64,000 bases of DNA, from positions 4,096,001 to 4,160,000 of the forward strand of contig OZ271854.1 of assembly GCA_965601925.1 (NCBI GenBank), in the 5' to 3' direction. The notes below the pieces were generated by a model, which had not been told where the DNA came from, did not search any database, and saw only the letters and a program-made list of their open reading frames with translations. The translations under genes and the position numbers were made by a program. This DNA comes from Alkalispirochaeta sp. Its GTDB lineage: Bacteria > Spirochaetota > Spirochaetia > DSM-27196 > Alkalispirochaetaceae. Of this stretch, positions 31,322 to 41,912 are shown piece by piece. Within the stretch, counting starts at the first letter, position 1, and each line of letters starts with the position of its first letter.

Positions 31322-32491
31322 TTAGAACGCAGCTCTGCACAGCTCCTCGAGTTCGCCGTGAGAAACGGTGCGCGGATTGACCGGTATGTTGCCGCTTTTC
31401 ATCGCCTCATCGCAGACCCGCGGTATCAACTCCTCGGTCAGTCCGAGTTCGCCCAGACCGTTCGGTATCTCGATCTCCCGAGCGATCCGTCGCACGCACT
31501 CCACCCCCTTTTCGACGCATTCGACATCCGAGAGACCGCCGCAGTCGACCCCGAGGGCACGCGCCACGGCGGTGTATTCCGCACGCGCCGTCGCGCCGTT
31601 GAACTCCATGACGTGCGGCAGCGTCACCGCGATTGCGAGACCGTGGGGAATCTTCAAGTCCCAGCTCCCCAGCGGCATCGCCAACGCGTGGGCGATCCCC
31701 AAGCGAGTCGGGTTCATACCCATTCCGGCGAGGGTACTGCCGAGCATCATCGCGTAACGCGCCTCGCGGTCCGAACCGTCGCGAACCGCCCGGACCAGGT
31801 ATCGCCCGATGAGTTCGATCGCACGGTGCGTGAGTACCGCGGAGATCGGTTGATACGAGCGGTTGACAAACGATTCGACGGCGTGGGCGAGCGCGTCCAT
31901 ACCGGTCGTCGCCGTTAACTGCGCGGGAAGACCGATCGTCAGATCGGGATCGCAAATCGCCGTCCTCGGAAAGACGAACTCACCGCCGATCGCAATCTTC
32001 ATCAGGTTCTCATCGTTGGTCATCACCGACCAGTAACTCACCTCGCTCCCCGTACCGGCGGTCGTCGGTACCGCAACCATCGGCGCCGGGGGACGCGCGA
32101 GCGTGTTCAATCCCGCGTATCGGGCGATCGGTCCCGGATTGGTCACCGCCGCCGCGACCGCTTTGCCGGCGTCCAAAGAGCTTCCGCCGCCGATCCCGAT
32201 TACCGCCTGGGCTCCGTCGTCTGCGAACTGCCTCGCGGCGCGCTCGACGACCGCGGTGCTCGAGTCCTGCGGTACCTCACAAAAGAGACTCACTCCGATA
32301 CTCGCCGCGTCGAGACTCGACCGGATCGCATCGACGATGCCGGCGCGCTTCAACCCCGCATCGCTGACGATCAACACTCGAGCCGCACCGATTTCCCGTA
32401 TCTTTTGCGGCAGCTTCCCGATCGTACCGGACCCGAAGAGAACCTCCGTGTGAATCGCCGGAAAGGAAAATGATTCTTCGTATCGTTCGAT
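31322..32491 (-). CDS. Iron-containing alcohol dehydrogenase; no canonical start codon
   Basis: GGGSSLD, PTTAGTGSE, DALAHAVE, HALA..HG; the frame extends upstream (HTEVLFGSG) to an ATC at 32491 preceded by AGGA. Confidence 0.85.
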   Translation of the reverse strand: MERYEESFSFPAIHTEVLFGSGTIGKLPQKIREIGAARVLIVSDAGLKRAGIVDAIRSSLDAASIGVSLFCEVPQDSSTAVVERAARQFADDGAQAVIGIGGGSSLDAGKAVAAAVTNPGPIARYAGLNTLARPPAPMVAVPTTAGTGSEVSYWSVMTNDENLMKIAIGGEFVFPRTAICDPDLTIGLPAQLTATTGMDALAHAVESFVNRSYQPISAVLTHRAIELIGRYLVRAVRDGSDREARYAMMLGSTLAGMGMNPTRLGIAHALAMPLGSWDLKIPHGLAIAVTLPHVMEFNGATARAEYTAVARALGVDCGGLSDVECVEKGVECVRRIAREIEIPNGLGELGLTEELIPRVCDEAMKSGNIPVNPRTVSHGELEELCRAAF

Positions 32492-32499
32492 ATAGATTC

Positions 32500-32535
32500 C
32501 TATCGTTATAACAGTTAAAACTACTATAACGATAG
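32500..32535. promoter_or_regulatory. 11-bp inverted repeat (operator) upstream of the ADH-ALDH operon
   Basis: CTATCGTTATA-N14-TATAACGATAG. Confidence 0.6.
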
Positions 32536-32657
32536 AACATTAGTCTGTCAAACGCGTACCCGTCTCCCCGGTACTCCACCGAGCCTGCGGATCATACCGA
32601 GGAGCTATTTTCGCGCACGCGTCGCGTCCCCTCTCGGAAACGCGCAACGCCTCGGTG

Positions 32658-32990
32658 TCACATGGAGACTTGCGCCATTCGGAGTGTTCCCTCCCCCATG
32701 GCGCGACGGAGCTTTGTCGTCCACGCAACGGCATCCCGCTTCGTATCGACTTCGATGATCGTATACCCCGGAATGAGCTCTTTGCCCTCCATGAAGGGTC
32801 CGTCGGTGACCGACACCTCTCCGTCGCTGAGCGTCACATGAGTCGTTGCGGACGACAACTGACCGGTAGAGACGATCAATCCCGAGTCCATCCCCTCCTG
32901 CATCATCGCCATGAGCTCGGCCATGCCCTCCGGCGAGGGAGGCGTCATCGCTTTGCCGTCCTCCCACACGAAATAGATAAAAAACTGCAT
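32658..32990 (-). CDS. YciI-family (DGPF) protein
   Basis: VTDGPFMEGKELIPGY motif; AGGAGGAG RBS. Confidence 0.88.
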   Translation of the reverse strand: MQFFIYFVWEDGKAMTPPSPEGMAELMAMMQEGMDSGLIVSTGQLSSATTHVTLSDGEVSVTDGPFMEGKELIPGYTIIEVDTKRDAVAWTTKLRRAMGEGTLRMAQVSM

Positions 32991-33094
32991 ATTCTCCTCC
33001 TCGTGGATCGCCGCGCGATCTCCGCCCGCCGTAACCCACTGTGTGTTTTACTATAGTCGAACGGCGAAGGCGAAAAGGGACATCTTCGGTGTGA

Positions 33095-34336
33095 TTACGA
33101 GACGATTTCCGCGAGTCGCCGCTCCAGGTAGCGACGTTCAGGCCCCTGCTCCGCGAGCTCGACGGCGCGACGGTACGCCGCCGCCGCCTGATCAAGATCG
33201 CCCAACCGCCTCGCAAAGTCGGCCCGAGCCGCGTAAAGCTGGTGGTAGTGGCGAAGAGACCCTTCGGCTATAAGATCATCGATGACCTCGAGGGCGACGC
33301 GCGGCCCGTCGCGCATGCCCAAGGCGATCCCCCGGTGCAGCTTGACGACCGGCGACGACACCATAGCGAGAAGCATGTCGTAGTAGCCGACGATGATTCC
33401 CCAATTCGTCGTCGCCACCGATTCCGCCGAGGCGTGGACCGAGACGATGGCCGCTTGCACGCCGTACGGGCCGATTCGCCCGGACATCGCCGATCGCCGC
33501 AACAACTCCAACCCCTCGTCTATGAGCGCGCGGTCCCAGAGCGAGCGATCCTGATCCTCCAGGGCAACGGGCTCTCCTCGGGAGTCGAGGCGCGCGGCGC
33601 TTCTCGACTCGTGGAGGAGCAAGAGAGCGAGAAGGCCGACCGCTTCATGGTGGGGGACGAGATCGACGACGAGACGGGCAAGAAACGTCGCCTCCCTCGT
33701 CAGATCCCTCCTGATATGCTCGTCGCCGCGGCTCGCCGCGTATCCCTCGTTGTATACGAGGTAGATAACGTGGAGCACCGCCCCAAGACGCCTCCCGAGT
33801 TCGCCTTTTGACGGAATCTCGTACGGCACGCGTTTCTCGCGGAGCACCGCCTTGGCCCGGGAAATGCGACGCTTCATCGCTCCTTCGGAGACAAGATAGG
33901 CACGAGCGATTTCCGCCGTTTTGAGGCCGCACACTTCGCGCAAGGAGAGGGCGATACGACCGTCCAGGCTCAACACGGGGTGGCAACAGGTGAAGATGAG
34001 TCGTAGCTGATCGTCCTCAACCGCCTCCCCGTCCCACTCCTGAGGCTCGGCGCCGGTTGCGCCATCGGACGCCTCGATTTCCAGTTGTTCGGTACGCCCG
34101 AGTCGCCGAATCGCATCTATCCCCTTAAACCTCCCGGTCGAGACGAGCCATGCGCGCGGATTTCGCGGCACGCCGTCCCGGGGCCAGGATTCCAACGCAA
34201 CGCGAAAGGCCTCCTGCAGCGCCTCCTCTGCGCGATCGAAATCGCCGAGCAGTCGAATAAGTGTCGCCAGTACTCTCCGCGACTCGGTGCGATAGATTTC
34301 GGCTATACGATCGGCAATCGGGCGCGAGTTCGACAT
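33095..34336 (-). CDS. ECF sigma factor with long C-terminal TPR-like extension (ECF42-like)
   Basis: DRAEEALQEAF..W...P.NPRAWL, DDQLRLIFTCCHP and LEDQDRSLWD motifs; next to a DGPF gene. Confidence 0.88.
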   Translation of the reverse strand: MSNSRPIADRIAEIYRTESRRVLATLIRLLGDFDRAEEALQEAFRVALESWPRDGVPRNPRAWLVSTGRFKGIDAIRRLGRTEQLEIEASDGATGAEPQEWDGEAVEDDQLRLIFTCCHPVLSLDGRIALSLREVCGLKTAEIARAYLVSEGAMKRRISRAKAVLREKRVPYEIPSKGELGRRLGAVLHVIYLVYNEGYAASRGDEHIRRDLTREATFLARLVVDLVPHHEAVGLLALLLLHESRSAARLDSRGEPVALEDQDRSLWDRALIDEGLELLRRSAMSGRIGPYGVQAAIVSVHASAESVATTNWGIIVGYYDMLLAMVSSPVVKLHRGIALGMRDGPRVALEVIDDLIAEGSLRHYHQLYAARADFARRLGDLDQAAAAYRRAVELAEQGPERRYLERRLAEIVS

Positions 34337-34712
34337 GGTGATTCGTATCTGAAGGTACTCAGATATCGAGGAGCGGTCGACGGGAGTCCGCGCGCTCACG
34401 GCTCATTTGAAGAGTCGCAAGAGACACTCGACATCCCGGTCCGTCTCGGTCCCCGATCGACCGCCGGCAAGAACATCGGTCCGCTGAGTTACCGTATGGG
34501 CGCCAACGCGACCTTCTATGCGGAAGGCAGGGACCCGATCTCTTTCGGGAAGCCGGTGTACAGGCATTGTCGGCGATGCGACCCCTCACGAACGGTGCAT
34601 CTCTCCGCGCCGACGGACTGAGTGCCGGAGTACTGAGGCTCGCCGAAACGCATGTACGCAAGCACACCGGCTACTCCCTCGATGAGCCAATCCAGAACCA
34701 CGTCGCTCGGGT

Positions 34713-34911
34713 GGTGACGCCTACGCTCCTCGTGTAGGGTCTACGAGATCCGTGGACAAACCTCGATTTCGTACGCGCCGTCTGCGACGCACTTCCGGTG
34801 GAGAAAGAGCTGCATTGGCTGGAGGAGACGACCCATCGCTTCGACGGCTACAACTGGTTTGGTGACTATCCCGAGACGATGACGACGTTTTTTGGTACGC
34901 ACCTTGCCTAA
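34713..34911 (+). pseudogene. C-terminal remnant of an alpha/beta hydrolase
   Basis: PTLLV*GLRDPWT...EKELHWLEETTHRFDGYNWFGDYPE; internal TAG, no N-terminus. Confidence 0.55.
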
Positions 34912-34980
34912 GCAACACGGTACGTCAATGCGATATCGTCCGCGTTTCGCAGGTGGCACGTTCGGCATGAAGGTCGGCAC

Positions 34981-35685
34981 GTGTTGCCACTGACCGGAGA
35001 CGCGAGCACCGCTACGGTGACGCGACTCGATGTACAAGACTCGGCGTCGATCGCCGACGCCGTCGCCCGAAGTGTCGATCGATTCGGGCGGATCGATGTC
35101 CTACTGAATAATGCGGGCTACGGCGCCTACGGCGTGCTCGAGGCGACACCCATGGAGGCGGTACGACGCCAGTTTGACGTAAACGTCATCGGACTGATCG
35201 AGACCACGAAAGCGGTGACGCCTCACTTCCGCGCGGCCGGCGGAGGAACGATCATTAACGTATCGTCCGTCGGCGGCAAGATCGCCCTACCCCTCGGAAG
35301 CTTGTACCACGGCACGAAGTTCGCGGTGGAGGGGCTCTCCGAGGCGCTCGCTTTTGAGATGGAGGCCGTCGGCGTGCGCGTGAAACTCGTGGAGCCCGGG
35401 GCGATCAAGACCGACTTCAGTACGCGGTCCTTCGACTTCAACAACGACGAAGCCTTGGCGGAGTACCAGGGAGTCGTCGGAAAACTCGTTGACGCCATGG
35501 GTAGCTTCTTGGAGCACGCGGCGGACCCGTCGATGGTCGCCGAGGTTATCTATCGCGCCGCAACCGATCGGTCCCCGCGCATTCGCTATATCGCCGGGGA
35601 CGACGCGCGGCAGTTCATCGATTTGCGCAAGAGCGCCGACGACGCGGCGTTCACCGCGGCAATCAAAGAACGCTTCGGTCTCTGA
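34981..35685 (+). pseudogene. Short-chain dehydrogenase lacking the N-terminal TGxxxGxG motif
   Basis: NNAGYG and YHGTKFAVEG are present; the cofactor-binding N-terminus is absent. Confidence 0.7.
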
Positions 35686-35822
35686 CTTCCACGACCGCCG
35701 CGCGGCCGGCATTCCCCACGGCACGGTGCGCACCCTCGGCATACGGGCGGCGTACCGTCGGCGGTGGGCCACTGTGCGGAGCAGGTTCTCGATGGTGGCG
35801 CGTGTCGGGTATGGTGAGTGTC

Positions 35823-36725
35823 ATGACATCACACACGTTGACCGTCGCGATGCTCCAACTTGACCGTCCATCGCACCTCGCCGAGTCTTTGCAAGTCGGG
35901 CTCGATGCGTGCGCCGCCGCCGCGTCCATGGGAGCCGACATCGCGGTCTTTCCGGAGATGTGGAACGTCGGCTACCGGTTTCCGTCCACCGAGCTCACCG
36001 CCCAAGCGTGGCGGGAACAGGCGATTTCCGAGAAAGACGCGTACTACCGTGCGTTCGTACAATCGGCGACTGACAACGACATTGCGATCGCCCTTACGTA
36101 CCTTCGCCGTAATCCCGACGGCGGCCCGTTCAACGCCGTGTCGATTATCGATCGTACCGGCACGACGCGTCTCACCTATGCCAAGGTACATACCTGCGAC
36201 TTCTCGCCCGAAATCGATCTAACCCCCGGACGCGAGTTCGCGGTATGCGACCTCGCCACACGCCGAGGTTCCGTGACGATCGGCGCGATGATCTGCTACG
36301 ACCGGGAGTTTCCCGAGAGTGCCCGAATACTAATGCTCCGAGGAGCGGAGATACTCATCGTCTCGAACGCATGCGACGTCGACACGCACAGAAAACACCA
36401 ACTGCAGACTCGTTCGTTCGAGAACATGGTGGGGTGCGCTCTGGTGAACTACGGCGGAGAACCGTATCGCGGAAAGTCTGTCGCCTTCGACGGTATCGCC
36501 TACACCGAACCCCGCGGAGAGACCGACGGTGAGGCGCGGGATATGCAGATCGCGGAGGCCGGGAGAGACTCCGGGATCGTACTTGCGCGGTTCGACGTCG
36601 ACGCGTTACGTGAGTACCGCGCACGGGAGTCCTGGGCCAACACATACCGAAAGCCCGCTTGTTACGGCGCACTCGTCGATCGGACGGTACGCGCGCCGTT
36701 TCGGAGAAGCGATGCGCGTCGATAA
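35823..36725 (+). CDS. Carbon-nitrogen hydrolase (nitrilase family)
   Basis: FPE, YAKVH and ICYDREFPE (E-K-C triad). Confidence 0.92.
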   Translation: MTSHTLTVAMLQLDRPSHLAESLQVGLDACAAAASMGADIAVFPEMWNVGYRFPSTELTAQAWREQAISEKDAYYRAFVQSATDNDIAIALTYLRRNPDGGPFNAVSIIDRTGTTRLTYAKVHTCDFSPEIDLTPGREFAVCDLATRRGSVTIGAMICYDREFPESARILMLRGAEILIVSNACDVDTHRKHQLQTRSFENMVGCALVNYGGEPYRGKSVAFDGIAYTEPRGETDGEARDMQIAEAGRDSGIVLARFDVDALREYRARESWANTYRKPACYGALVDRTVRAPFRRSDARR

Positions 36726-37020
36726 GGCCGACTATCCCGACTCACAGCGACCTCGCCGGGACGCACCGTCGGACGCGGCGTGCATCGGTGCTTCGCTCCG
36801 TCTCCGCGGTATCTTGCCGACTGCTGCGTGCGTCGCGCCGCTGCGGGCGCTTAGCCGCAAGGCGCGTGCGCGCACTGTCAAAAATCCATGAGAGGGCGCG
36901 CTCATTCTTGCACCTCCGGAGCGGATGCGCGATCTTTCTCCGTATGGTACACCGGCGCACGCGGGCGCGCCACGGCGCGATCCATCGCCGTGCGGTCGAA
37001 CTACCGAATGGAGGGGGCAT

Positions 37021-38016
37021 ATGTTCAGAATCGCGACATTCAACGTAGAAAACTTGGACGACAACGCAGACGAGAAAAACCCGCCTTTGGCGGAGCGTAT
37101 ACCGGTGTTGCGCCGTGAGTTGGAGCGCCTGGATGCGGACGTGCTGTGTCTGCAGGAGGTGCATGGCCAGGAGCTTCCGGGACATACCGCCGATAGGCCG
37201 AGGAGGGAGCTATCGGCGCTGAGAGCGGTACTCGAACGCACTCGATATGAGTCGTATTCGATAGCGAGTACACAGACCGGCGCCGGCGTTCCTTACAACG
37301 AGCGGAACCTCGTCGTCTTATCGAAACTCCCGATTCAACGCGTAGAACAGTACCGCAACGACAGAATCGAGGAGTTACAATACCGACGCGTAACGGCCGT
37401 CGATCCGCCGGATACGGAGGCCAAACCGGTACGGTGGGAGCGCCCCATTCTCCACGTGCAGATATCGCTCAACGACGCATCGACCCTTCATGTTCTCAAT
37501 CTCCATCTCAAGTCACGCCTCGCGTCGTCGATACCGGGCCAACGGGATCGTTGGACGTGGAACAGCGCCGCCGGCTGGGCGGAAGGATACTTTCTGTCGT
37601 CGATCAAACGTGTCGGGCAGGCACTCGAAACGCGACTGCTAATCGACGAGTTGTTCGACGGTGATCCAACCGCCAAGATAGTCGTCTGCGGCGATTTCAA
37701 CGCCGAACCCGGCGAGGTACCGGTGGAGGCGATCCTGGGTCGAGTGGAGAATACGAACAACCCCGCTCTCAGAGGACGCGTGCTGATACCCTTCAGTAGA
37801 GCTATTCCGTCGTCGGTTCGGTACAGCCACCTCCACCACGGCCACGGGAACCTGCTGGATCATATGGTCGTGTCGCAATCGCTGTTGCCGCACATTCACG
37901 CAGCGCGAATCAATAACGAAAACCTGCACGACGAGAGTCTTCCCTTCGCGTTCGACACCAAGTACCCGGAGTCGGATCACGCCGCCTTCGTAGCGGAGTT
38001 TCGAGACATGTCGTAG
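37021..38016 (+). CDS. Endonuclease/exonuclease/phosphatase family protein
   Basis: ATFNVEN, CLQEV, HLKS, GDFN, LDH and SDH motifs; GGAGG RBS. Confidence 0.9.
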   Translation: MFRIATFNVENLDDNADEKNPPLAERIPVLRRELERLDADVLCLQEVHGQELPGHTADRPRRELSALRAVLERTRYESYSIASTQTGAGVPYNERNLVVLSKLPIQRVEQYRNDRIEELQYRRVTAVDPPDTEAKPVRWERPILHVQISLNDASTLHVLNLHLKSRLASSIPGQRDRWTWNSAAGWAEGYFLSSIKRVGQALETRLLIDELFDGDPTAKIVVCGDFNAEPGEVPVEAILGRVENTNNPALRGRVLIPFSRAIPSSVRYSHLHHGHGNLLDHMVVSQSLLPHIHAARINNENLHDESLPFAFDTKYPESDHAAFVAEFRDMS

Positions 38017-38045
38017 CCGCTCGAAAAAATGAGCACCCCCGATTG

Positions 38046-38771
38046 CTACTCAGCCTCCAACGATGCGAAGAACGTACCGCGCGCCATGTTGCTCCGGCAA
38101 CGCAGCAAGTGGTTCTGAAGAACGTCCACCGCCTCGGACGAGTTCTCCCGCAACAGCTCGTAGATTCGTCGATGGTCACTCTCGAGACGCTCCATATCCG
38201 GCTCGATACCGGCGCGGACGGTGAACGAAATATTGAGGTGGAGCGCGTTCGAACGATACGCACGCAACAGCTGCGCGTTTCCGGCGAGGCGGCACAACTC
38301 CACGTGAAAGAGCTGGTCGTACTTCACGAACTCACCCATGCGTCCGCGATCGTCGCCGACCGGCATGACCGCCTCCATCGCGTCGAGGTAGCCTTCAAGC
38401 TGACCGAGATCCTCGGACGTTACCGAGGGATAAACCCTCTTCACGGCGTGGAGTTCGAGCACGACTCGCAGCTCGAAGGCGTCAAGCATGTCGCGCCGCG
38501 TCGGCATTCGCACGATGCAAGTGCTCCGCGGCCGTACCTCGATGATTCCCTCGAACTCCAAACGACGAATCGCATCCCGCACCGGCATACTACTCACCCC
38601 CAAGATCTCGGCAATCTCGCGGATGCTCAGACGATCGCCGTAGGCGATCTCGCCTCCGATGATGCGGTTGGTGAGATACTCGTATATCTGCGCGCTGAGC
38701 GTCCTCGTCTCCAGAGGCGATTCGGTAACGGCGGCCTTCCGAGTCGCCCCCGATGCGGTTTCGTTCACCAT
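38046..38771 (-). CDS. GntR/FadR family regulator
   Basis: LGVSSMPVRDAIRRL wHTH plus FCD domain (DQLFH...GN). Confidence 0.92.
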   Translation of the reverse strand: MVNETASGATRKAAVTESPLETRTLSAQIYEYLTNRIIGGEIAYGDRLSIREIAEILGVSSMPVRDAIRRLEFEGIIEVRPRSTCIVRMPTRRDMLDAFELRVVLELHAVKRVYPSVTSEDLGQLEGYLDAMEAVMPVGDDRGRMGEFVKYDQLFHVELCRLAGNAQLLRAYRSNALHLNISFTVRAGIEPDMERLESDHRRIYELLRENSSEAVDVLQNHLLRCRSNMARGTFFASLEAE

Positions 38772-38875
38772 AGCCGTTCCTCGTTCCTTTGATATCCTAC
38801 AACAAGCGGGACGATCAAACCACGTCGGATCGGAGAAATCTGTAGAATCCTTTCTTGACGCCGCTACCGTTTCAT

Positions 38876-38894
38876 CACATGATATCTGATATCA
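38876..38894. promoter_or_regulatory. Probable GntR operator
   Basis: Tandem TGATATC-TGATATC between the divergent GntR and dehydrogenase genes. Confidence 0.4.
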
Positions 38895-39020
38895 CAGAGT
38901 AGTCAAATATGAGACGACCCGGAACGGACGATAGCGAGCCCGTCTCGAACGGGCGTGAAAGATGGAGGATGGGCGGGCACAGCTCGCAGATCTCTATGAA
39001 ATCCACCGTGGAGGCGGACC

Positions 39021-40031
39021 GTGTCGCGGAAATCGATCGTTGTCTTTGCAAGTTCATTTATGGATGAGCTGGAAACGCTGCCGGAGCGGTCGCATGCCGC
39101 CTACCGCGCGCTCGAGACCTTTGTGGCCGGCTCCGCGGAGCGGTACCGGATCGAGCTTAAGTGCGACAGAGATCCTCACGACCCGGTACGACGCGAGGAG
39201 CTCTCCGAGGCGGTCGGTGTGATCGCCGACCTGGAGCGCTACTCAGCGGAACTCTTGACCGAGGTGGGAGGCGCCGGCGGCGGTACGCTGCGCATCATAG
39301 CGCGCTACGGTGTGGGTACCGATAGCGTAGCGCTGGATGCGGCGACGCGCTCCGGCGTGGTCGTCGCCAACACCCCCGGTGCGAACTCGTTGCCCACCGC
39401 CGAGTGGAGCGTTGCGACGCTCTTGGACGTGGCGGGGCGTCGGATTCCACACCACGAGCGTGCCCGCGCGGGACGAGACAAACAAGGGCCCTCGCGCCTC
39501 GATGTGTACGGACGCACCTTAGGTGTCGTCGGTACCGGTACGATCGGTCGATTGGTGATTGGGCTCTTGCGCGGCTTTAACATGGAGGTGCTCGCCTACG
39601 ATCCATACCCCGATGCCGCGTGGGCCGAGGCGGCGGGAGCGCACTACGTCGCATTTGAGGAGCTGTTGGAGCGCGCCGATCTCATTACACTTCACGCATC
39701 GGTCCGTCACACTATCGTCGGCGCAGCCGAGCTCGCATGTATGAAACGCAACGCGGTCCTGGTCAATTGCGCTCGCGGCCTTCTCGTCGACAATCGACTC
39801 GCCTACGAGGCCGTCAGAAGCGGTGCGCTCTTCGGCTACGGTATTGACGAGGTGTGGCCGCACCCTGAACTCTCGCTTGCAGGCCTCAATATCGCCGCCA
39901 GCCCCCACGTCGGCAGCGATACCGACGAGGGAAAGGCGCGCATGCAGGAGGCGTCGGCCGCCGCCGTGATCGACTTTCTGTCGGGAAAGCGTCCGCAAAG
40001 CGTCGTAAACCCAGCCGTGTTCGAACGATAG
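39021..40031 (+). CDS. D-2-hydroxyacid (phosphoglycerate-like) dehydrogenase
   Basis: RYGVGTD, GVVGTGTIG, VNCARG and SPHVG motifs. Confidence 0.9.
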   Translation: MSRKSIVVFASSFMDELETLPERSHAAYRALETFVAGSAERYRIELKCDRDPHDPVRREELSEAVGVIADLERYSAELLTEVGGAGGGTLRIIARYGVGTDSVALDAATRSGVVVANTPGANSLPTAEWSVATLLDVAGRRIPHHERARAGRDKQGPSRLDVYGRTLGVVGTGTIGRLVIGLLRGFNMEVLAYDPYPDAAWAEAAGAHYVAFEELLERADLITLHASVRHTIVGAAELACMKRNAVLVNCARGLLVDNRLAYEAVRSGALFGYGIDEVWPHPELSLAGLNIAASPHVGSDTDEGKARMQEASAAAVIDFLSGKRPQSVVNPAVFER

Positions 40032-40066
40032 CCTCATATGTGTCGTAGTGTGGCGGACTCGGACCG

Positions 40067-40432
40067 TCAAAACGTCGTGTCGGTGGCGACCAATACGATC
40101 AACGACGAATTCTGCTCATACGCCTCCTCGGCGACGAGGTGTTTGGCCTCCTCAGAGACGATGCAGCGCGCCGCCGGTACATCCACGGCGCGGTTAAACC
40201 AGTCGGCCGACGGATCGCCCCGCACGGTATAGCGCAGACGCAGCGCCGTGCCGTCGGGCCTCACCTCGACAAGCCCCAGTTCCGGCTGGGCGGCGAGGAA
40301 ATCGTCGTGGAGAATTGCGTCTCGCGGCAATGGTGCCGATTCGTTCCGACCGGAGGCGCATTAGGTCGCGAATACGACGAAGCCGACTCCCAACGCGCAC
40401 TCGTCGTGAGACGAACTGAGGCGGTAGATCAT
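40067..40432 (-). pseudogene. Possible small lipoprotein with a nonsense codon just before the lipobox Cys
   Basis: M...ALGVGFVVFAT*CASG.. is in frame with the 87-aa ORF at 40067-40330; TAA at 40361-40363. Confidence 0.3.
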
Positions 40433-40574
40433 TGAGGTCTATCGATGGCCCAATCTTCCACGTCGGCCGCCGCGTCGTGCAATCGTCCCTATCATAGTTG
40501 CGGAGCGTTCGGCCGAACGCGGAGACATCGTTCCCGTCGAGTCGAGGTACGATCCTTCGTGCGCGCTCGAGATC

Positions 40575-41897
40575 TTATAGCGCCGGCGCGACGGAGACCA
40601 TCTCCTCCGGTCGGTGGGGATCGCCCTCTCGCCCGATGTGTGCGTAGCGTTCGATACGTTGGGATAGTGAGCGACCGGCGAGAGGATTATCGGCGTGGAA
40701 GAGTCCGTAGCGCTCGTCGTGGGACGCGAGCGTCTCGTGGGCGATAAGTGCCCACGTGGTGGTATTGAGATGGCTGAACTCGCTCCGCATGACCTCACGA
40801 CAGGTAAAGGCCTGCCGTCTGGAGTTGATATCGACGCCGCTGATCTCCATTAGCCCCGCCGAGGCGGCCAGGCGCTGGACGGTGCGCAGTTGCTCGGCGG
40901 TATTTCGCGGGGGCATGTAGGTAATCGCTTGGAATCCGATCTCCGGCAGCGCCGCGGCGAGTTCCTCGACATAAGCGTCCTCAAAGCGTTGCGCCTTCTT
41001 ATCGCCGGTCGGAGAGTCGCCCACATCGCCGAGATAGGCGTACGCCGGAATCGAACCCAGCTCTCGGGCCAAGACGGTAACTCGGCGTACCGGCAAACAC
41101 TCCTCTTCCGCGGGCTGAATGAAGAATCGCTCGACGAAACGGCCCTTGAATACCCCCAGAAGGTCGTACAAATAGTGCGGGTTATCGGCGTCGGTGAGGT
41201 GTGCACGTTGCCTATCGGCAAGCGTTAGGCCGATAGCACCTTCTATGAAACGTATGAGAGCCTCACCCCTTCCGTACGCGGCCTCGAGTTTGATCGCCAA
41301 CGCGTAGAGAATATGACGCTCGGTGACGCTCCCTCCGCGATCCGACCAGCTCAGCGGCAACACATCGCTATCGAAGTCGACCGGATCGAGCCCGGCGGGG
41401 ACGATTATGTCGTTGAGGCGCACCACCTGACGGCGGTTGCGAGCGTTGCGGACGCTTTGTAGTGGACGCAGGAACCGTTGTAACTCGTCGATACGTGACG
41501 CCGGAACACCGTGGAGCACTATGTAGGCGATACCGATCGAATCGGGGTTATTCAACCGTACGTCGGCAAAGGGCGTATCGACGAATCGCACCCGCAACTC
41601 GGCGCCGACCGTGGAACCGATGCCCAGGATGCGCGCCGCCGCCGCCATTTCTCGCGCTGCGCCGATCGAATCGTGGTCGACACTCCCGACCGCCTCCAGG
41701 CCGCTCTTGCGCGCCATGTAGGCCGCCGATGCCGGCGAGTACGGGCTGAAGGAGTAGTGGGTGTGGACGTGATTGTTGACTTCACCGGAGGTCGGCGTAT
41801 CGAGAATACCCCGGTCGTTGCGGCCCACCGCATCGCGCAACGCATCCAACCGTTCCTCTTCGGTGGGCGATTCCAGTCCGGAGATGACCTCGTACAT
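40575..41897 (-). CDS. PHP-domain metal-dependent phosphoesterase
   Basis: NNHVHTHYS, VDHD and GAE motifs. Confidence 0.85.
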   Translation of the reverse strand: MYEVISGLESPTEEERLDALRDAVGRNDRGILDTPTSGEVNNHVHTHYSFSPYSPASAAYMARKSGLEAVGSVDHDSIGAAREMAAAARILGIGSTVGAELRVRFVDTPFADVRLNNPDSIGIAYIVLHGVPASRIDELQRFLRPLQSVRNARNRRQVVRLNDIIVPAGLDPVDFDSDVLPLSWSDRGGSVTERHILYALAIKLEAAYGRGEALIRFIEGAIGLTLADRQRAHLTDADNPHYLYDLLGVFKGRFVERFFIQPAEEECLPVRRVTVLARELGSIPAYAYLGDVGDSPTGDKKAQRFEDAYVEELAAALPEIGFQAITYMPPRNTAEQLRTVQRLAASAGLMEISGVDINSRRQAFTCREVMRSEFSHLNTTTWALIAHETLASHDERYGLFHADNPLAGRSLSQRIERYAHIGREGDPHRPEEMVSVAPAL

Positions 41898-41912
41898 CGG
41901 ATCGTACTCCCG

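Noticed and set aside
21227..34736. Amber recoding (pyrrolysine or alternative code), suggested by three in-frame TAGs
   Set aside because: The positions imply different original residues, TAG ends many intact genes here, in-frame TGA and TAA lesions also occur, and no pyl genes are present in the window
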